Positions 21,031 to 31,131 of a stretch of 64,000 nt of DNA are shown piece after piece; within the stretch, counting starts at the first letter, position 1; every line of letters begins with the position of its first letter. The notes beneath the pieces are model-generated. The model saw only the letters and a program-made list of their open reading frames with translations, was not told the origin of the DNA and did no database searches. The stretch is taken from NCBI GenBank assembly GCA_963701295.1, contig OY969585.1, forward strand, positions 2,208,001 to 2,272,000, in the 5' to 3' direction. The translations under genes were made by a program, and so were the position numbers. Source of the stretch: Ignavibacteriota bacterium. Lineage in GTDB: Bacteria; Bacteroidota; Ignavibacteria; UBA10030.

Positions 21031-21792
21031 ATGAAATACGTAATTCGGTTAAGTTTAATAGCAATATTGGTTGGTGCTTTCACTTGTATATCATTTACTC
21101 AAGATGAAATGACAAAGGATGAATGGCAAAAACAAATTTCCGAGCTGACGGCAAAAAGTACCGTACTCAAGGGTAAACTTGACAGTTTGCAGAAAGAAGT
21201 GCAAGGACTCCAAAAACAAGATGCAGAAAAAGCCCTGGCGTTGAAACAATGCTCAGATGAGCTTGCAACAATGCAGGGACAACAGGAAGCTCCATTTGCG
21301 GCAAAGCTTGATGCTATTGATGCTCGTCTGAACGAATTGTCCAAATTATCAAATCAGGATTTGTGGGCGCGTCGGGCCGAATTGGATAGCGTTCAAAATT
21401 GGATTAACGTTGCGGGAAAAGATCCTCTCAGTGTAATTCAAAAGTATCAAGATCGCTTGAAAGATCAACAGAGTCGTCTGGATGGATTAAAGAAGACATT
21501 GGAACAAATTATCGCTTCCGGTGAAATTATGCCGACCTATACCGTCGGTACATGGGCAAGAGATAGAGATTGTTTGTGGAATATTGCCAAGAAGCCAAAG
21601 ATTTATGATAATCCATTCTTATGGCCAAAGATTTGGCAAGGTAACCGGGACCAGATTAAGAATCCTGATGTGATTCATCCAGGACAAAAACTGAAGATTC
21701 CTCCGAAAGCAGATCTGACGAAGGAAGAAAACAGAGCATTACGTTCCTATTGGTCAAAGAAGCGGGAAAAAGCAGCCGCAGTAAATCCATAA
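21031..21792 (+). CDS. Secreted coiled-coil protein with C-terminal LysM
   Basis: Signal peptide; coiled coil; YTV...DCLWNIA...WPKIWQGN...NPDVIHPGQKLKIP. Confidence 0.85.
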   Translation: MKYVIRLSLIAILVGAFTCISFTQDEMTKDEWQKQISELTAKSTVLKGKLDSLQKEVQGLQKQDAEKALALKQCSDELATMQGQQEAPFAAKLDAIDARLNELSKLSNQDLWARRAELDSVQNWINVAGKDPLSVIQKYQDRLKDQQSRLDGLKKTLEQIIASGEIMPTYTVGTWARDRDCLWNIAKKPKIYDNPFLWPKIWQGNRDQIKNPDVIHPGQKLKIPPKADLTKEENRALRSYWSKKREKAAAVNP

Positions 21793-21841
21793 AAATGATT
21801 GAATCACGCACAATCTGCGTGGATATACAGAACATGAATAT

Positions 21842-21889
21842 AGGCGCCCTCACGGCAGCAGTAGCTGCCGGAGGGCGTTTGTTTTTTTT
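21842..21889 (+). terminator. Intrinsic terminator
   Basis: GGCGCCCTC-A-CGGCAGC-AGTA-GCTGCCG-GAGGGCGTT then a T run. Confidence 0.8.
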
Positions 21890-21919
21890 ATTATCACCTG
21901 TGAAAGGAGTTTTGAAAAG

Positions 21920-22918
21920 TTGACTGAAAAGAAGATACCACTTGCCGGTGTTGATGTTGTTCAATTACTTGGTTTCAACGATGCAAATCTTCAGATGATT
22001 GAAGAACGATTCGATGCGAACTTGACAGTTCGTGGAGATCAGTTAATGATCCGTGGTTCGCAATTTGAAATCGGGAAGATTGAAAAAGTGGTTGGTGAAC
22101 TGATCTATATGTTAAATAAAAACGGCAGTCTGAATCCTAATGATATAGATACTGTCATCGATCTTGTTTCGGTCAACGGCTCAGCACCAGATGTCTCCTC
22201 AGAAACGCAGGCGGAAGATAGCGATTCTATTATCTTGTATACGAAGATGGGTATAGTAAAAGCCAGAACACAGGGACAGAAACAATATATCCAGCAGATA
22301 CGGAAAAACGACATTGTTTTTGCTATTGGACCGGCTGGTACGGGAAAAACCTACCTTGCGGTAGCAATGGCAGTTGCTGCTCTAAAAAATCGCGATGTCA
22401 CGCGTATTATCCTTGCACGTCCTGCCGTGGAAGCGGGAGAGAGTTTAGGATTTTTACCCGGTGATTTCCGTGAGAAGATCGACCCGTACTTGCGCCCGCT
22501 CTATGACGCGTTGGAAGATATGCTCTCTGTAGAGAAACTTCGCGGGTATCTCGAGAAACGAATTGTTGAAATTGTGCCACTCGCCTATATGCGCGGGAGG
22601 ACGCTTCACAATGCATTTGTTATTCTCGATGAAGCACAGAATGCTACTGCCATGCAGATGAAAATGTTCCTGACACGGCTTGGTCCAAATTCCCGTGCCA
22701 TCATAACCGGTGATGTCACTCAAATCGACTTACCAACTAAAACGACATCCGGTCTTGTACAGATACAAGAGGTGTTGAAAAAAGTACAAGGTGTTACATT
22801 TTGTTCCTTCGATAAGAATGATGTCGTGCGCCATAAACTGGTGAAGGACATTATCGAAGCGTACGATCGCTACCACACCAACGGAACAGGAGATGGCAAA
22901 AACATCGGCGAAAATTAA
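21920..22918 (+). CDS. phoH: PhoH family ATPase
   Basis: GPAGTGKT, RPAVEAGESLGFLPGD, YMRGRT, DEAQN; TTG start with AGGAG RBS. Confidence 0.93.
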   Translation: MTEKKIPLAGVDVVQLLGFNDANLQMIEERFDANLTVRGDQLMIRGSQFEIGKIEKVVGELIYMLNKNGSLNPNDIDTVIDLVSVNGSAPDVSSETQAEDSDSIILYTKMGIVKARTQGQKQYIQQIRKNDIVFAIGPAGTGKTYLAVAMAVAALKNRDVTRIILARPAVEAGESLGFLPGDFREKIDPYLRPLYDALEDMLSVEKLRGYLEKRIVEIVPLAYMRGRTLHNAFVILDEAQNATAMQMKMFLTRLGPNSRAIITGDVTQIDLPTKTTSGLVQIQEVLKKVQGVTFCSFDKNDVVRHKLVKDIIEAYDRYHTNGTGDGKNIGEN

Positions 22919-22924
22919 AGTGTA

Positions 22925-23701
22925 TCAGACGTCCGATTTCTTTTTTGCATCCCAAATTTCATCCATCTCTTTCATCGAAACCGTCCAGATACGTCTTCCT
23001 CGCCGTTGAAGTTCTTCTTCGACGTGGTAGAATCGTTTAGTGAACTTATTCGTCGATCCGTTGAGCGCAAACTCAGGATTGACTCCGATAAATCTGGAAT
23101 AGTTCACAAGTGCGAACAGTACATCTCCAAATTCTTCTGCAATCCGATCTTGCTTTTTTGAATGTTCAGCACCTGCAAGCTCTTTAATTTCCTCTGCCAC
23201 TTTTTTCCACACGTCGCGTTTCTTTTTCCAATCAAATCCCACTTTTGATGCTTTTTCTTGAATGCGAAGCGCTCGTAGGAGTGCGGGCATTTCCTTTGGT
23301 ACGCCATCGATTACTGAAGTTCTGCCTTCTCTAAGCTTGATATGTTCCCAGTTCCTTTTTACTTCATGGGCATTTTTTACTTGAGTAATGCCAAACACAT
23401 GGGGATGCCGTCGAATCATCTTTTCTGAGATGGATTCAATGACATCATTCAATGTGAATGCTTTCTCTTCTTCTGCCATAACAGCATGCAAAACGATTTG
23501 AAGTAAGATATCTCCAAGTTCCCGTTTTAGCTCTGAGAGGTCTTGTTGATCGATTGCTTCGATGACCTCATATGTTTCCTCGATCAAACTGTGGCGGATG
23601 GATTGATGCGTTTGCTCCCGGTCCCATGGACATTCTTTTCTCAGACGCTTGACGATTTTGATAAATTTTTTGAATGAATCATTTTTCTTCTTTTTTCGCA
23701 T
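22925..23701 (-). CDS. mazG: Nucleoside triphosphate pyrophosphohydrolase MazG
   Basis: CPWDREQT, EETYE, ELGD, RRHPHVF, EEFGD (tandem MazG domains). Confidence 0.95.
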   Translation of the reverse strand: MRKKKKNDSFKKFIKIVKRLRKECPWDREQTHQSIRHSLIEETYEVIEAIDQQDLSELKRELGDILLQIVLHAVMAEEEKAFTLNDVIESISEKMIRRHPHVFGITQVKNAHEVKRNWEHIKLREGRTSVIDGVPKEMPALLRALRIQEKASKVGFDWKKKRDVWKKVAEEIKELAGAEHSKKQDRIAEEFGDVLFALVNYSRFIGVNPEFALNGSTNKFTKRFYHVEEELQRRGRRIWTVSMKEMDEIWDAKKKSDV

Positions 23702-23721
23702 TTACACTCCAATTTTTGTTT

Positions 23722-23797
23722 ATCATACCGAAAAACAATTCCAGAATCAAACATCCAGAATCAAGTGTTTGTTTTTATAGAAGTTATTGCGTAATTT
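23722..23797. promoter_or_regulatory. Divergent promoters for mazG and tRNA-Ala
   Basis: Minus: TTGATT (23750-23745), 17 nt, TATGAT (23727-23722). Plus: TTGTTT (23769-23774), 17 nt, TAATTT (23792-23797). Confidence 0.55.
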
Positions 23798-23809
23798 GAA
23801 CATAATTCT

Positions 23810-23882
23810 GGGGCTGTAGCTCAGCTGGGAGAGCGCTTCGTTCGCAACGAAGAGGTCGTCAGTTCGATCCTGATCAGCTCCA
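23810..23882 (+). tRNA. tRNA-Ala(CGC)
   Basis: Acceptor GGGGCTG/CAGCTCC with G3:U70; anticodon arm CTTCG-TT-CGC-AA-CGAAG; TTCGA T-loop; CCA not encoded. Confidence 0.96.
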
Positions 23883-23989
23883 CAAGCTTGCAAACAGAAG
23901 TTTTTATTGATCTTGAAAATGTTTTACTGAAAACTAGTAGTTAATAATTGGATTATATACACAAAAGTCGGAGTTTTATTGGTTTCTTT

Positions 23990-24091
23990 GGGGTCAAGTC
24001 CTGTGCAACAAAGCATTGCCCAACCCCGCCAGGTCCGGAAGGAAGCAACGGTCAGCAATCAGTTTTGTGTGACGCAGGGAAACTTGACCTC
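23990..24091 (+). ncRNA. ffs: Small bacterial SRP RNA (4.5S)
   Basis: Helix-8 motif CAGGTCCGGAAGGAAGCAACG; closing stem GGGTCAAGT/ACTTGACCT followed by T8. Confidence 0.93.
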
Positions 24092-24405
24092 TTTTTTTTG
24101 TTGGATTTCTAAACCTTACAGCCACCACCGGAGGCTCGTGCCTCAGAACCGCACGGAAAACGGTTAAGATCATATGGTTCATTTTCCTATAACCATCATA
24201 ATTTATGCCATCAGTCTCATGCTTTCAGATGAGCATAATTCTGAATTTGGCAGGACACTACGTTTCAGCCGATTTGGAGGAGGATTCACGCAAGTGTTTC
24301 CTCGCCTCGAATGGTATCAGTATTCAGGCGGGACTTCTCCACTTCGTTTTGAAACGCGGCAAGTTCACAACATCATTTTATTGCTGCAGTGGAAGAGGAT
24401 CTTGC

Positions 24406-26064
24406 ATGAAAAAAGATATTATCATCAATTCAACTGCGAACGAACATCGCATTGCTATTCTTGAGGATGGCAAGACCGCTGAACTGTTCGTAGAAACACC
24501 AGGTAAAAATCGTAATGTTGGCGACATCTATCTTGGAAAAGTTGCCAAAGTAATGCCTGGCATTCGTGCTGCATTTGTCGATATTGGCATGGGGCAAGAT
24601 GCTTTCCTGCATTTTTCGGATATCGGTTCCATTGAAGAATACAGTTCGCTCTTCGAAGAAGATGAAGACGAAAAGGAAGAAGAAGCCGCAGAAGTAGTTG
24701 CAGAAACGGCACTCCAAAGTCCTCACGATGTGGCGCAAGTCAGCGGAGGAAATGGTGTGCCTCCTACCAACGAACAGACAGATGGTAGAGAACGACGTCA
24801 CAATCAACAACGACGCCATCATTCTGCACAGAATTTTCCACAAGTCAATCTGCAAAAGGGACAAGAGATACTTGTGCAGATTACAAAAGAACCGATTGGG
24901 AAAAAGGGGGTGCGCGTTCGTTCGGCAATTTCACTCCCTGGGAGATTTCTCGTTCTCATCCCTTTCGATGGGAAAGTAGGAGTTTCCAAAAAACTTGCCA
25001 GCTTTAAAGAGAAACGACGGCTTCGAAAAGTGGTACGCACAATGCTGCCGAAGGGATTCGGTGCTATCATCCGCACTGTTGCGGATGGGAAAACAGATGA
25101 GATGCTTCAGCAAGATCTTGATGATCTCGTTAAGACATGGGAGGGCATCGAGAAAGCTGTAAAATCGGCAAAAGCTCCGACGCTTATTTACAAAGACATG
25201 AACACCACATCGAGCGTTATTCGCGATCTGTTTCAGGAAACGGTTGAGCACGTTGTCGTGGATGAAAAAAAGCTTTTCAAAGAAATTCGGAACTATGTCC
25301 AATGGATGTCGCCTGATATGCTCAATCGAGTGGAATACTATCGGGAAAAGGAACCAGTTTTTGATAAGTACGGAATTGAGAAAGACATTCAGGTTCTTCT
25401 TAGTAAAAAAGTATGGTTAAAGAGCGGTGGATACTTGTTCATCGAGAAGACGGAAGCAATGACCGTCATCGACGTGAATAGTGGACGGTATGCTGCTAAG
25501 CGAGAACAGGAGTTGAACTCACTGCGCACCAACCTTGAAGCGGCACGCGAAGTTTGCCGGCAGGTTCGGCTGCGTGACATCGGTGGCCTCATCGTGGTTG
25601 ATTTCATAGATCTAGAGGACGATAAAAATCAGAAGAAGATCTACGATGAAATGAAGAAAGAATTGAGGAGGGATCGTGCAAAAGTCACGGTACTGCCTAT
25701 GACAGAATTTTGCTTAGTGCAGATGACACGCCAGAGAATTCGCCAAAGTGTGCAACTGAGTTTCAGCGAAGCGTGTCCTATGTGCGGCGGTACCGGTCAA
25801 GTACAATCTAAGACATCGACGATGAACCAGATTGAACGCTGGATCAAACGATTTAAAACGGAAAAACGAGAGTATCGGTTGGAGTTACGTGTTCATCCAA
25901 CTATTGCAGAATATCTTTGCAATGGCACAATCAGCCGGCTGACAAAACTGCAATTCAAGTTTTTTGTTAAAGTAAAGCTTGTTCCAGATACGGCACTCCC
26001 TGCTGAAGAATTCAAGTTTTTCTCGATGAGGCAGCAGAAAGAAATTACCGACCAATATAAATAG
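24406..26064 (+). CDS. Rne/Rng family ribonuclease
   Basis: MKKDIIIN start; GDIYLGKV, AAFVDIG, QITKEPIGKKG, IDVNSG, LRDIGGLIVVDFID, CPMCGGTG. Confidence 0.95.
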   Translation: MKKDIIINSTANEHRIAILEDGKTAELFVETPGKNRNVGDIYLGKVAKVMPGIRAAFVDIGMGQDAFLHFSDIGSIEEYSSLFEEDEDEKEEEAAEVVAETALQSPHDVAQVSGGNGVPPTNEQTDGRERRHNQQRRHHSAQNFPQVNLQKGQEILVQITKEPIGKKGVRVRSAISLPGRFLVLIPFDGKVGVSKKLASFKEKRRLRKVVRTMLPKGFGAIIRTVADGKTDEMLQQDLDDLVKTWEGIEKAVKSAKAPTLIYKDMNTTSSVIRDLFQETVEHVVVDEKKLFKEIRNYVQWMSPDMLNRVEYYREKEPVFDKYGIEKDIQVLLSKKVWLKSGGYLFIEKTEAMTVIDVNSGRYAAKREQELNSLRTNLEAAREVCRQVRLRDIGGLIVVDFIDLEDDKNQKKIYDEMKKELRRDRAKVTVLPMTEFCLVQMTRQRIRQSVQLSFSEACPMCGGTGQVQSKTSTMNQIERWIKRFKTEKREYRLELRVHPTIAEYLCNGTISRLTKLQFKFFVKVKLVPDTALPAEEFKFFSMRQQKEITDQYK

Positions 26065-26142
26065 GAACTCTATAATCATCCACTTACGGATATATCGTTA
26101 TTGAGAGATTTCTTGCTGACTGGAAAAAACTCAAAGAAAATA

Positions 26143-27231
26143 ATGCTGAAACGGACTCCATTTTACAACCTTCATACAGCGCTTGGAGCGAAGATGGTGG
26201 AATTTGCCGGCTATGAAATGCCGGTCCAGTACTCTGGCATCATTGAAGAGCATCTCGCTGTTCGTAAGAAAGTTGGTGTCTTCGATGTTACACATATGGG
26301 AGAATTTTTCTTACGCGGCAGCGACGCACTCGCGTTTCTTCAGAAAGTAACGATTAATGACGTTGCCAGATTGAAGCCGGGAAGAGTGCAGTATTCCGCG
26401 ATGTGTTATCATGACGGCGGCATCATTGATGACCTTCTTATTTACCGGATGGAAAACAAGTATATGCTTGTTGTGAATGCATCGAATCTTCAAAAAGATT
26501 TTGATTGGCTGCAATCTCAGAAATTTGGTGATGTGGAAATTGAGAACGTGAGCGATACAACAGCATTGCTTGCAGTCCAGGGTCCCAAATCGCTTGCAAC
26601 GCTCCAGAAGTTGACGAAGGAAGATCTGTCGAAAGTTGAATACTACAGCTTTACTCATAATACAGTCGCAGGAATCTCCATAATCATTTCACGTACTGGC
26701 TATACTGGTGAGCTTGGATTTGAATTATATTTCAATACTGATGCTGAGCAAGCAAAAAAAATATGGAATGCGATCTTTGACGCAGGCAAGGAATTTGGTA
26801 TCACACCCGTCGGGCTTGGTGCCCGTGATACGTTAAGACTCGAAATGGGATTCTGTCTTTATGGAAACGACATCGACAAAACCACGCACCCGCTTGAAGC
26901 CGGTTTGGGGTGGATTACAAAGCTTAATAAGAAAGATTTTATTGGAAGAGATGCAATCGTAAAGGCAAAACAAGAAGGTCTGAAGCGAAAGTTAATCGGG
27001 TTCACGCTTCCGGATAGGGCGCTTGCACGTCATGGTTATGAAATTATGTATAACGCTCGTGTCGTCGGTCAGGTAACTAGCGGAACATTTTCACCATCGC
27101 TTCAAAAGGGTATTGGAATGGGATACGTTGCTTCCGAACTTGCCAACGTCGGAACAATTATTTCGATTCTTGTGCGAGGGAAAGAAATTCCGGCGACCAT
27201 TGTGACAGTACCATTTTTACAGAAACATTAG
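26143..27231 (+). CDS. gcvT: Glycine cleavage system aminomethyltransferase T
   Basis: [33 protein letters not shown]. Confidence 0.97.
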   Translation: MLKRTPFYNLHTALGAKMVEFAGYEMPVQYSGIIEEHLAVRKKVGVFDVTHMGEFFLRGSDALAFLQKVTINDVARLKPGRVQYSAMCYHDGGIIDDLLIYRMENKYMLVVNASNLQKDFDWLQSQKFGDVEIENVSDTTALLAVQGPKSLATLQKLTKEDLSKVEYYSFTHNTVAGISIIISRTGYTGELGFELYFNTDAEQAKKIWNAIFDAGKEFGITPVGLGARDTLRLEMGFCLYGNDIDKTTHPLEAGLGWITKLNKKDFIGRDAIVKAKQEGLKRKLIGFTLPDRALARHGYEIMYNARVVGQVTSGTFSPSLQKGIGMGYVASELANVGTIISILVRGKEIPATIVTVPFLQKH

Positions 27232-27246
27232 TACAAAGGGGTGTGC

Positions 27247-28005
27247 ATGAAAATAGATCTCAGTTTTAACGCTGGACAGTTCGATGAGTTGCAATTGCGC
27301 GAGAAGAACGTGATCGTTCTTGATGTCTTACGTGCAAGTTCCACTATCACTGTCGCTCTCAACAATGGGGCGCGTGAAATTATTCCGGTTGCAAGTATCG
27401 AATCTGCAGTGAAGATTTCCGGTAGCCTTTTTGGTGAGGTGACGCTCCGGGGAGGCGAACGCAATGGAAAAACCATTGAGGGATTTAACCTCGGGAATTC
27501 ACCGCTGGAGTACAGCGAAGCTGCAGTGAAAGGAAAGTCCATTATTTACTGCACGACGAACGGTTCCATAGCGATGGCGAAGAGCCGGTATGCGCGCACA
27601 TTGGCAGTTGCTTCATTCATCAACTTAACAGCAACAACTGATTTTATTCGAAACGAGAATAAAGATTTTCTTTTTATTTGTGCAGGCAGGGCGAACACCG
27701 TTGGAAATTTCAGTTTAGAAGATGCAGTGTGTGCCGGGATGATGATCCAGAATCTTTTGAAGGCTGAATCTCTGGAGATAGAGTTGAGTGATTCAGCAAA
27801 AGCTGCCCATGTACTCTTTAAATCATTCGGACGTTCAATTCTCAAAATGTTGAAGACCTCTGAACATGGCAAGTATCTTATCGAGATCGGTTTTGCAGAG
27901 GATTTAAAAATTTGTGCTCAAGTCGATTCGGTTCCGGTGCTTCCGATCCTAACCGGCACTGTTATTAAACTTAAAAAAGAAGAACTAAGCATCGAGTCTG
28001 CATAG
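27247..28005 (+). CDS. comB: 2-phosphosulfolactate phosphatase family
   Basis: DVLRASSTI, GER, GNSP, TTNG, EDAVCAG. Confidence 0.9.
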   Translation: MKIDLSFNAGQFDELQLREKNVIVLDVLRASSTITVALNNGAREIIPVASIESAVKISGSLFGEVTLRGGERNGKTIEGFNLGNSPLEYSEAAVKGKSIIYCTTNGSIAMAKSRYARTLAVASFINLTATTDFIRNENKDFLFICAGRANTVGNFSLEDAVCAGMMIQNLLKAESLEIELSDSAKAAHVLFKSFGRSILKMLKTSEHGKYLIEIGFAEDLKICAQVDSVPVLPILTGTVIKLKKEELSIESA

Positions 28006-28030
28006 GCGGTGAGTTCTCAAGATGTCCTGA

Positions 28031-30469
28031 ATGGCAGAGAATCAAACTATATCCTCAACGAAACGATCACGATATCATCGCCGGCAGATCGGTGCGTTTA
28101 TCGGAATTCTTACTTCGATCATGCTTCTGTTAAGCATCCTTTCTTATTCTGCCATAGATCAAGCGAGCGGAGAGATTTCACTCTGGGATCTTTTGAAAGT
28201 GTTATCGAATGATGAAGCAATTCTATTAAAAGCTGAACGCACGCAGAACTGGCTAGGATTACTCGGGGCTGTTGTATCGAATTGGTTTATCAATTCAACA
28301 ATCGGCTTTGCGGTGATTATCATCCCGTTTCTCGGCATTGTGTGGTCCATCTACTTATTCAATGAAAAAAACTTACGCCATAAAATTATCATTACGAATT
28401 ATACGATTCTCTTAGCAGTGTTGTTCTCTTCCTTTGCCGGTCTTCTCAGACAATTCGATAGTTTATTACCGATGGAGTGGAGTGGAGTAGTAGGTCATTT
28501 TATTGCCTATGTGTTGTCGAAGTCCGTTGGCCTCGCCGGCGCTTCATTCATTATTGTTGGCGGATTCATAATTGTTCTTACATTGCTCGTGGATTTGGAT
28601 TATAAAGTGACCTGGACAAAACTGCGCGTAGCCATTGCTGCATGGATGGAATGGCTGAGAGAGAAGCAGGAAGCATGGAATGTGCGACACAATACTCAGC
28701 AAAAAGAAATTCAAACAAAACGTGCGCAAGAGGCGGTCCGAATCAAGAAACCTTCGGAAGAATTATCTGAGCAAAGTCCTGCCAGACCGCATGTTACTCC
28801 GATCAATCCGATCATAAAATCGGCACCTTTAAAACCAACAACCCAAGCGATTCCATTGGCTGCTCCTCCACAGACCGGGCAGCAGGCTGATTCTGAACTT
28901 ACAATCGATATCCGCGAAAAGATGGTAGAGGCAGAGATAGATTATGATGACCGCGCCTTAGAAACAAAAGAAGATATAGTAGAAGAAATTGATTATATCT
29001 TTCCTTCGGTTGATTTGCTCGATATACATCGAGGAAGTGAAGAAGTAAACGAGGAAGAACTGAAAGCGAATGCAGAATTGCTGCGATCTAAACTTTCCGA
29101 CTTTTCTGTCGAGATCGACAGCGTTTCGGTGACTCCGGGTCCGGTTGTTACGCTCTACGAGCTTGTGCCTGCCACAGGTGTGAAAATTAGCAGAATCGAA
29201 AGTCTGCAGGACGATATCGCGCTTGCATTGAAGGCAAAAGGCATACGTATTATTGCCCCGATGCCCGGCAAAGGAACCGTTGGTGTCGAGATTCCGAATC
29301 ATAATCCATCTCTGGTGACAATTCGTGGTATTATTAATTCTGCAAAGTTCCGGGATTCGAAAGCGATCCTTCCGCTCGCAATGGGGAAAACAATTTCCGG
29401 GGAAGTGTATGTAGATGATCTCGCCAAAATGCCGCATCTGCTCATGGCCGGCTCAACAGGTTCTGGCAAAAGTGTCGGCATTAACACTATTATCACCAGT
29501 ATTATTTATCGCTTGCACCCGAGCGATGTCAAGTTCGTTATCATTGACCCAAAGAAGATTGAATTGTCGCTCTTCAAGAAATTACGCAATCATTATCTTG
29601 CCGTTTCACCCGATATAGATGAAGAGATTATCACTGAGCCGAACAATGCGGTGCTCGTCTTGAAAAGCGTCGAATTGGAAATGGAGAACCGATACAATCG
29701 GCTTGCCTCTGCAGGTGTGCGGAATCTGACGGACTACAATGAACGTTTCGCCGCCGGCCGCTTGCACGATACAGAGACTATGAAGCATCGTAAAATTCCA
29801 TACCTCATTGTTATCATAGACGAGCTTGCCGATTTGATGATTACAGCCGCAAAAGAAGTCGAGGAACCGATTGCACGCCTGGCGCAGCTGGCTCGAGCCG
29901 TTGGTATTCACTTGGTTGTAGCAACGCAACGCCCGTCGGTTGATGTGATCACTGGTGTTATTAAAGCAAATTTTCCAGCGCGGCTTGCGTATCAGGTTTC
30001 ATCGAAAATTGACTCGCGAACTATTCTTGATATGAATGGTGCGGATCAGCTGCTTGGAAATGGTGATATGTTATACTTGCCATCCGGTTCTCCGAAGCCA
30101 CACAGGATTCAGAACGCTTTCATCTCAACGGATGAAGTTGAACGGATTACCAATCATATCGGTAAACAAAAGGGATATAGCAGTCCGTTCAAATTGCCAT
30201 CGGTTCTGGAAAAGAAAAGACAATCGAACGCCGGTGGAAGCGTAAGCGAGGATGAATTGTTTGGAGAAGCGGCGCATATTGTCGTGCGCCATCAGCAGGG
30301 TTCGGTATCGCTCTTGCAACGGAGATTGAAAGTAGGATATTCACGTGCTGCACGACTTATCGATGAACTTGAAGCTGCAGGTATTGTCGGTCAATTTGAT
30401 GGAAGCAAAGCACGGGAAGTATTGGTAGAGACGGAAGCGGAATTGGAAACTATACTCAAGAGCCTTTGA
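28031..30469 (+). CDS. ftsK: DNA translocase FtsK
   Basis: 4TM N-terminus, MPHLLMAGSTGSGKS, DELADLM, ATQRPS, gamma domain LQRRLKVGYSRAARL. Confidence 0.97.
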   Translation: MAENQTISSTKRSRYHRRQIGAFIGILTSIMLLLSILSYSAIDQASGEISLWDLLKVLSNDEAILLKAERTQNWLGLLGAVVSNWFINSTIGFAVIIIPFLGIVWSIYLFNEKNLRHKIIITNYTILLAVLFSSFAGLLRQFDSLLPMEWSGVVGHFIAYVLSKSVGLAGASFIIVGGFIIVLTLLVDLDYKVTWTKLRVAIAAWMEWLREKQEAWNVRHNTQQKEIQTKRAQEAVRIKKPSEELSEQSPARPHVTPINPIIKSAPLKPTTQAIPLAAPPQTGQQADSELTIDIREKMVEAEIDYDDRALETKEDIVEEIDYIFPSVDLLDIHRGSEEVNEEELKANAELLRSKLSDFSVEIDSVSVTPGPVVTLYELVPATGVKISRIESLQDDIALALKAKGIRIIAPMPGKGTVGVEIPNHNPSLVTIRGIINSAKFRDSKAILPLAMGKTISGEVYVDDLAKMPHLLMAGSTGSGKSVGINTIITSIIYRLHPSDVKFVIIDPKKIELSLFKKLRNHYLAVSPDIDEEIITEPNNAVLVLKSVELEMENRYNRLASAGVRNLTDYNERFAAGRLHDTETMKHRKIPYLIVIIDELADLMITAAKEVEEPIARLAQLARAVGIHLVVATQRPSVDVITGVIKANFPARLAYQVSSKIDSRTILDMNGADQLLGNGDMLYLPSGSPKPHRIQNAFISTDEVERITNHIGKQKGYSSPFKLPSVLEKKRQSNAGGSVSEDELFGEAAHIVVRHQQGSVSLLQRRLKVGYSRAARLIDELEAAGIVGQFDGSKAREVLVETEAELETILKSL

Positions 30470-30471
30470 AA

Positions 30472-31113
30472 ATGAAAACAATACTTATACTGGGATTGAT
30501 GTTTTTGGGTGTCATGGAAATTATGGCACAGGAAAAAGAATTGACCGTGCAGTACGTAACAGAGAATTTACAACGGCGCTATGAGATGATCGACAACGCT
30601 ACTGCGCAGTTTGAGCAGCATGTCCGGTTCGGTTTCTCGAACATTGAACAGACTTTCCGTGGCACACTTATAATGAAGAAACCAAATCACTACCGCATAG
30701 AATCAGAACATCAAACAATTGTCACAGATGGAGTGACGGTGTGGGCATATTCTACGGCGAACAATCAGGTCATTATCGATAAATACAAAGAGAACAGTAA
30801 CTCACTTTCACCGGAACAGTTCATGTTGAATCTTCCCGCCAATTATTACACTTCAGTGCTTGGTTCAGAAAAGTTTTCAGAGGGAACGGTAATTCTCCTC
30901 AAGCTCGTACCGAAAGATGATCGGTCTTTTGTGAAGTCAGTGAAACTCTCGGTGGAAGAACATAGCTGGCTGGTCCGCAAGATTATGATTCTTGATGTCA
31001 ACGAGACAGAAACTACTTATACAGTCAAAGACATTAAACTGAATACCAATATCAAAGAGAAAACCTTCGCGTTTGAAACACCGGAGGGTGCGGAAGTTGT
31101 AGACCTTCGTTAA
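30472..31113 (+). CDS. lolA: Outer-membrane lipoprotein carrier protein LolA
   Basis: FEQ...GTL..KKPNHYRIE, IVTDGVTVWAY, FAFETPEGAEVVD; directly follows ftsK. Confidence 0.85.
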   Translation: MKTILILGLMFLGVMEIMAQEKELTVQYVTENLQRRYEMIDNATAQFEQHVRFGFSNIEQTFRGTLIMKKPNHYRIESEHQTIVTDGVTVWAYSTANNQVIIDKYKENSNSLSPEQFMLNLPANYYTSVLGSEKFSEGTVILLKLVPKDDRSFVKSVKLSVEEHSWLVRKIMILDVNETETTYTVKDIKLNTNIKEKTFAFETPEGAEVVDLR

Positions 31114-31131
31114 TTGCACCTTATTCCTCGT

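Noticed and set aside
23810-23882. tRNA-Ala as an island integration site
   Set aside because: No adjacent integrase and no duplicated tRNA 3' end seen; flanks are housekeeping genes
24205-24405. N-terminal extension of RNase E/G, and similar extensions at 20666, 26101, 33052 and 34719
   Set aside because: Family-typical N-termini or RBSs lie at downstream ATGs
26065-26142. Glycine riboswitch before gcvT
   Set aside because: Spacer is under 80 nt and lacks aptamer motifs
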